DNA of 64,000 nucleotides from Candidatus Methanomethylophilaceae archaeon (GTDB taxonomy: Archaea; Thermoplasmatota; Thermoplasmata; Methanomassiliicoccales; Methanomethylophilaceae), in contig CALUHR010000013.1 of assembly GCA_944320495.1 (NCBI GenBank), positions 1 through 64,000 on the forward strand, in the 5' to 3' direction. Positions 60,432 to 64,000 of this stretch are shown here, one piece after another. The first letter of the stretch is position 1. Each line of letters begins with the position of its first letter. The position numbers and the translations under genes were made by a program. The notes under the pieces are model-generated. The model worked only from the letters and a program-made list of their open reading frames with translations. It did not search any database and was not told the DNA's origin.

Positions 60432-61847
60432 TTGGATCTTATCGGAATTCTCGACTTCGTCGACGAGTACATCTGGTACATCGCGTTCGTCCTGATCATC
60501 TGCGTCGGGCTGTTCGCGACTGTCGCCCTCAGGGGCCTCCAGGTCACGTCGCTCGGCGAGATGGCACGCAACACGTTCAAACGTGACAAGGCGAGCAGCG
60601 AGAACAAGCTCTCGTCCTTCCAGGTATTCTGCATGAGCATGGGCTCGCGCATCGGCGTGGGCAACATCACCGGACCGATCATGGCCCTCCTCGTCGGAGG
60701 CCCCGGAGCCATCCTCTGGATGTGGGTCTTCGCCGGGATCGGCATGGCCACCAGCTTCCTGGAGACCATCATCGGTCAGATCTACAAGGTCCCCAAGGAG
60801 AACGGCGGATTCCGCGGAGGTCCCGCGTATACCCTGTTCCACGGGCTGGGAATGAAGAAGCTCGGTATGGTCGCCGCCTTCGTCATGATCATGATGTACC
60901 TCCTCGGATTCGTGTCCGGCGAGGTCATCAGCATGTCCGAGGCCGTCCAGGGCGCCTTCGACTACGAGTGGACCCACCTCGTGTTCGCCATAGTCCTCAC
61001 CCTCGTCACAGGCCTCATCCTGATCGGCGGCGTCTACAGAGTCGCCGACCTCTCCGTGAAGATCGTCCCCGCGATGGCGATCTGCTGGTTCATCATCTGC
61101 ATCGCATCCATGGTCCTGGCCCCCGCAGGGGTCATCCACGCCTTCGGCACCATCTTCGAGTACGCCCTCAACGCCCCCGCCCTCGTCGGAGGAGGCATCG
61201 GAGTCGCCCTGATGAACGGAATGAGGAGGGGAGTCTGGTCCAACGAGTCCGGTATCGGTACCATCACCAACCTGTCCGCCATGGCCGACGTGAAGCACCC
61301 CGTCGCCCAGGCCTACACCCAGTCATTCGGCGTCCTCATCGACACCCTTGTGAGCACCATGACCGCCCTGGTCGTCCTTTCCTACGCCGACTTCGACGTC
61401 CTCCACGGCATGTACGTCGGCGCCGGCGAGGACTCGATCCCCGTCCTCCAGGCCATATTCTCCGACACCATCGGATCGATCGCGCCCTACGTGGTGGCGG
61501 TGTTCATGTTCATATTCGCGTTCACCTGCCTGATATCCGATGTCGTCATCGGAGAGGGGAACCTGATGCTGATCAAGGACAGCAAGGCAGCGTCCATCGC
61601 GATGAAGCTGTTCCTCCTGGCCGTCGTCTTCCTGTCCTGCTTCTTCGCATCCGATGAGATGACGATCTTCATGGACATCCTGCTGGCAGTGTGCGCGCTG
61701 TTCAACACATACATCATGGTGCGCCTGGCTAAGCGCGGGTTGGAGGCGTACAGGGACTACCGCGCCCAGAAGAAGGCCGGGATCGAGGAGCCCGTGTTCC
61801 ACAAGGACTGTCTGTCCGACGACTCGGGAATCTCGTCTTGGGACTGA
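60432..61847 (+). CDS. Alanine/glycine:cation symporter (AGCS/AlsT family)
   Basis: SRIGVGNITG, GGPGAILWMW, FRGGPAY, RRGVWSNESGIG and IDTLVSTMTAL. Confidence 0.92.
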   Translation: MDLIGILDFVDEYIWYIAFVLIICVGLFATVALRGLQVTSLGEMARNTFKRDKASSENKLSSFQVFCMSMGSRIGVGNITGPIMALLVGGPGAILWMWVFAGIGMATSFLETIIGQIYKVPKENGGFRGGPAYTLFHGLGMKKLGMVAAFVMIMMYLLGFVSGEVISMSEAVQGAFDYEWTHLVFAIVLTLVTGLILIGGVYRVADLSVKIVPAMAICWFIICIASMVLAPAGVIHAFGTIFEYALNAPALVGGGIGVALMNGMRRGVWSNESGIGTITNLSAMADVKHPVAQAYTQSFGVLIDTLVSTMTALVVLSYADFDVLHGMYVGAGEDSIPVLQAIFSDTIGSIAPYVVAVFMFIFAFTCLISDVVIGEGNLMLIKDSKAASIAMKLFLLAVVFLSCFFASDEMTIFMDILLAVCALFNTYIMVRLAKRGLEAYRDYRAQKKAGIEEPVFHKDCLSDDSGISSWD

Positions 61848-61859
61848 CGATGACAACAG

Positions 61860-61877
61860 CCGGGGCACTTGCCCCGG
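61860..61877. terminator. Hairpin between the convergent AGCS and MFS genes
   Basis: CCGGGGCA-CT-TGCCCCGG. Confidence 0.5.
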
Positions 61878-61907
61878 CACTAAACCGCTTCCACGATTTC
61901 TGGCACA

Positions 61908-63305
61908 TCAACCCTTGGGGTCGCGGACCCGCATCGAAACGATCAGACATGCCACCGTCATGACCGTTCCGACCAGACAGGCGAAGTGCGTCCCCTCCAG
62001 GATTGCTGACCCATCCATCACGTCGACGCTCGACGCCATCCCTCCCGGGGACGCCGCCTTGAAGAGCAGCGCGAAGACCGCCACGCCCAGGGCGGTGGCT
62101 ATGTAGTTCGTGAAGAGCACCACGGCGGCCGAGGACGGTCTCAGATCCTCCTCGACGTGTATCTGCATCCTTGTCGGCAGCGCGGTGCCGGCGATGCCGA
62201 AGGACGCGCCCATCAGGACCAGCTGCATCAGCAGGAACGCCAGCCCCATTGACGGCTCTATGACCACGAGCATCGCGCAGAAGGCCACCCTCATCACGAG
62301 CGAGACGTTCGACGGAAGGACGCACCCGTACCTGCGGCACCAGCTCCCGGCAGGTATGGAGAACACCGCTGATACCGTCGTGGCGACCGACAGGAGCAGG
62401 CCTGCGGCTAGCGTGTCGTAACCGGCCGATCCCGTGAGATAGTACGGCAGCAGATACATCACCCCGCATCCGATGATGCTGTTGACCAGGAACAGGGAGG
62501 TGATCGCGTAGTACCTCCCGTTCCCGCGGAGCGGGATGTCCATCAGCCTCTCGCCCTCCGTCCCCCTGCGGCCGAGCGCCAGGAAGACGGCCATCGACAG
62601 GATGCAGATCACGGCCAGCACGGCGGTGTACCATACGAACAGCCCGCCGGTCCACAGCTCCAGGACGACCATGCCGGTCGCCACTGCGACGAACATCGCG
62701 GCCGCCCGCATCGGCTCCGGCATCCGGGACATGCTGCTTGGGGATACCTCCCGCATCCGCAGTGCCAGCGCCACTACGATGACCCCGACCGGGACGTTGA
62801 TGAGAAAGATCCAGTGCCACTCCGACAGGCCGGTGATCAGCCCGCCGAGCGCGGGACCGAGGATGATCGCCACGCAGCAGGCCGCGTTCATGTAGGCCAT
62901 GCCCATGTGGCGCCGCTCCGACGGCAGCATCGAGGTACACATCGCGGGCGTGGCTGACACCATCATCGCCGCACCCAGGCCCTGCACGAACCTGAACGCT
63001 ATCAGTACGCCCCTGTCGCCCGACATGGCGCAGCCCACGGACGCAGCCGTGAACACGACCGTGCCGAGGACGAGCATCGCACGGACCCTCCCGTCGGACG
63101 CCAGCCTGGAGAGCGGGATGCACAGGCCAGCCAAGGGGAAGAGATACGCGACGACGACGAACGCCCCGTCCGTCACGCTCATCCCCAGATCCACGGACAT
63201 CTCGGGCAGCGCTACCTGGACGATGGACGCGTCCAGACTGTCGATCAGGAGCACCAACGTCATCGTCGCGATGACCAGACCCGTGCCTCCGCGCCCCCCT
63301 CCCAT
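61908..63305 (-). CDS. MFS drug:H+ antiporter (DHA2/EmrB-like, 14 TM)
   Basis: LDASIVQVALP, FRFVQGLGAA, GPALGG and WIFLINVPVG. Confidence 0.88.
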   Translation of the reverse strand: MGGGRGGTGLVIATMTLVLLIDSLDASIVQVALPEMSVDLGMSVTDGAFVVVAYLFPLAGLCIPLSRLASDGRVRAMLVLGTVVFTAASVGCAMSGDRGVLIAFRFVQGLGAAMMVSATPAMCTSMLPSERRHMGMAYMNAACCVAIILGPALGGLITGLSEWHWIFLINVPVGVIVVALALRMREVSPSSMSRMPEPMRAAAMFVAVATGMVVLELWTGGLFVWYTAVLAVICILSMAVFLALGRRGTEGERLMDIPLRGNGRYYAITSLFLVNSIIGCGVMYLLPYYLTGSAGYDTLAAGLLLSVATTVSAVFSIPAGSWCRRYGCVLPSNVSLVMRVAFCAMLVVIEPSMGLAFLLMQLVLMGASFGIAGTALPTRMQIHVEEDLRPSSAAVVLFTNYIATALGVAVFALLFKAASPGGMASSVDVMDGSAILEGTHFACLVGTVMTVACLIVSMRVRDPKG

Positions 63306-63390
63306 GACATCCGGATGGCATTCGCATAGGAATAGGATTCCGATTGACCATTCGCAGACTATTTATCCGAAGCCGTCCAGAGGATGACCC

Positions 63391-64000
63391 ATGCCCAGGA
63401 ACGAGGAGCTTTCGGTTCGCAGCCTTACGACGGACGACATAGACCAGTACAACTCGCTTCTGCGCTATGCGTTCCAGGTCACGGAGGAGGAGCTCCAGAG
63501 GGCGGGATGGAGGGACGACGACATCCTGCAGTCCAAGTTCCCGGTGCTGGAGAGGGCCGAGGTCCTCGGATGCTGGGACGGTGATCAGCTCGTGTCCCAG
63601 GTGGCCGTCTACCACCTGAGGATGAACATACACGGCGAGGTGTACGACATCGGCCATGTCACCAGCGTCTCCACGTACCCGGAGTACTCCGGCCGCGGGC
63701 TCATGAAGAGGCTGCTGAGGCTCAGCCTCGAGTACATACGCTCAAGCGGGAGGTCCCTGGCCCTGCTCTACCCGTTCTCGATCCCACTTTATCGCCACTT
63801 CGGCTGGGAGATCGTCTCCAACAAGATGTCCTACAAGGTGAAGGACTACCAGATCGCCCCCTCTAGGAAGAAGCCGAAGGCCCCCGGATACGTCAGGAGG
63901 GTGGCCTGGGACGACAGGGAGTTCATGGACCTCCACGCGAGATTCGCCCTCCAGACCCACGGGTGCATCCTGAGGGACAGGGTGGCCTGGGAGGAGTACT
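63391..64000 (+). CDS. Eis-like GNAT acetyltransferase (3' truncated by the window end)
   Basis: LLRYAFQV, QSKFPVL, TSVSTYPEYSGRGLMKRLL, LALLYPFSIPLYRHFGWE; open to the window end. Confidence 0.85.
   Translation, partial: MPRNEELSVRSLTTDDIDQYNSLLRYAFQVTEEELQRAGWRDDDILQSKFPVLERAEVLGCWDGDQLVSQVAVYHLRMNIHGEVYDIGHVTSVSTYPEYSGRGLMKRLLRLSLEYIRSSGRSLALLYPFSIPLYRHFGWEIVSNKMSYKVKDYQIAPSRKKPKAPGYVRRVAWDDREFMDLHARFALQTHGCILRDRVAWEEY

Noticed and set aside
330-63305. CGG also being a stop codon
   Set aside because: CGG occurs inside conserved gene bodies (pncA, dapF, dapA, thiL, amrS, trm11, helicase, MFS), so it reads as sense.
1-64000. In-frame TAG (pyrrolysine) readthrough genes
   Set aside because: Expected for this lineage, but I found no supported gene interrupted by TAG in this window.
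1-64000. CRISPR arrays, IS elements, integrases, rRNA
   Set aside because: No regularly spaced direct repeats, transposase or integrase motifs, or rRNA-like sequence seen.

Overview
High-GC archaeal DNA, most consistent with a Methanomassiliicoccales methanogen (Thermoplasmata). Support: mvhDGA-hdrA; a pop5-psmA-sdo1-rrp4/41/42-rpl37ae-rpoP-pcc1-pfdB cluster; rpl44e-rps27e-eIF2a-nop10; GGGP synthase; radA. I could support about 66 complete CDSs, one partial CDS, one small frameshifted remnant, two tRNAs (Ser-GCT; intron-containing Tyr-GTA), a DapL-type lysine operon, an AT-rich Mrr-type restriction gene, a DUF4011-type helicase-nuclease and a redox/copper stress cluster. I saw no CRISPR array, transposase or integrase. 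The main finding concerns the genetic code. Sixteen genes reach an in-frame CGA at or near the point where their family is expected to end, and in the standard code they run on, often into neighbouring genes, a promoter or a tRNA. The other 50 complete genes end in TGA, and none ends in TAA or TAG. I found no internal CGA in the gene bodies I read codon by codon. CGA also occupies classic stop-codon architectures: CGATG stop/start overlaps and stop-to-stop convergent junctions. The simplest reading is that CGA acts as a termination codon here, either by Arg-to-stop reassignment or by C-to-U editing to UGA. This is inference from sequence read by eye and needs genome-wide, RNA and proteomic tests. 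CDS ends below use the CGA stop where it applies, and the standard-code end is given in the evidence.
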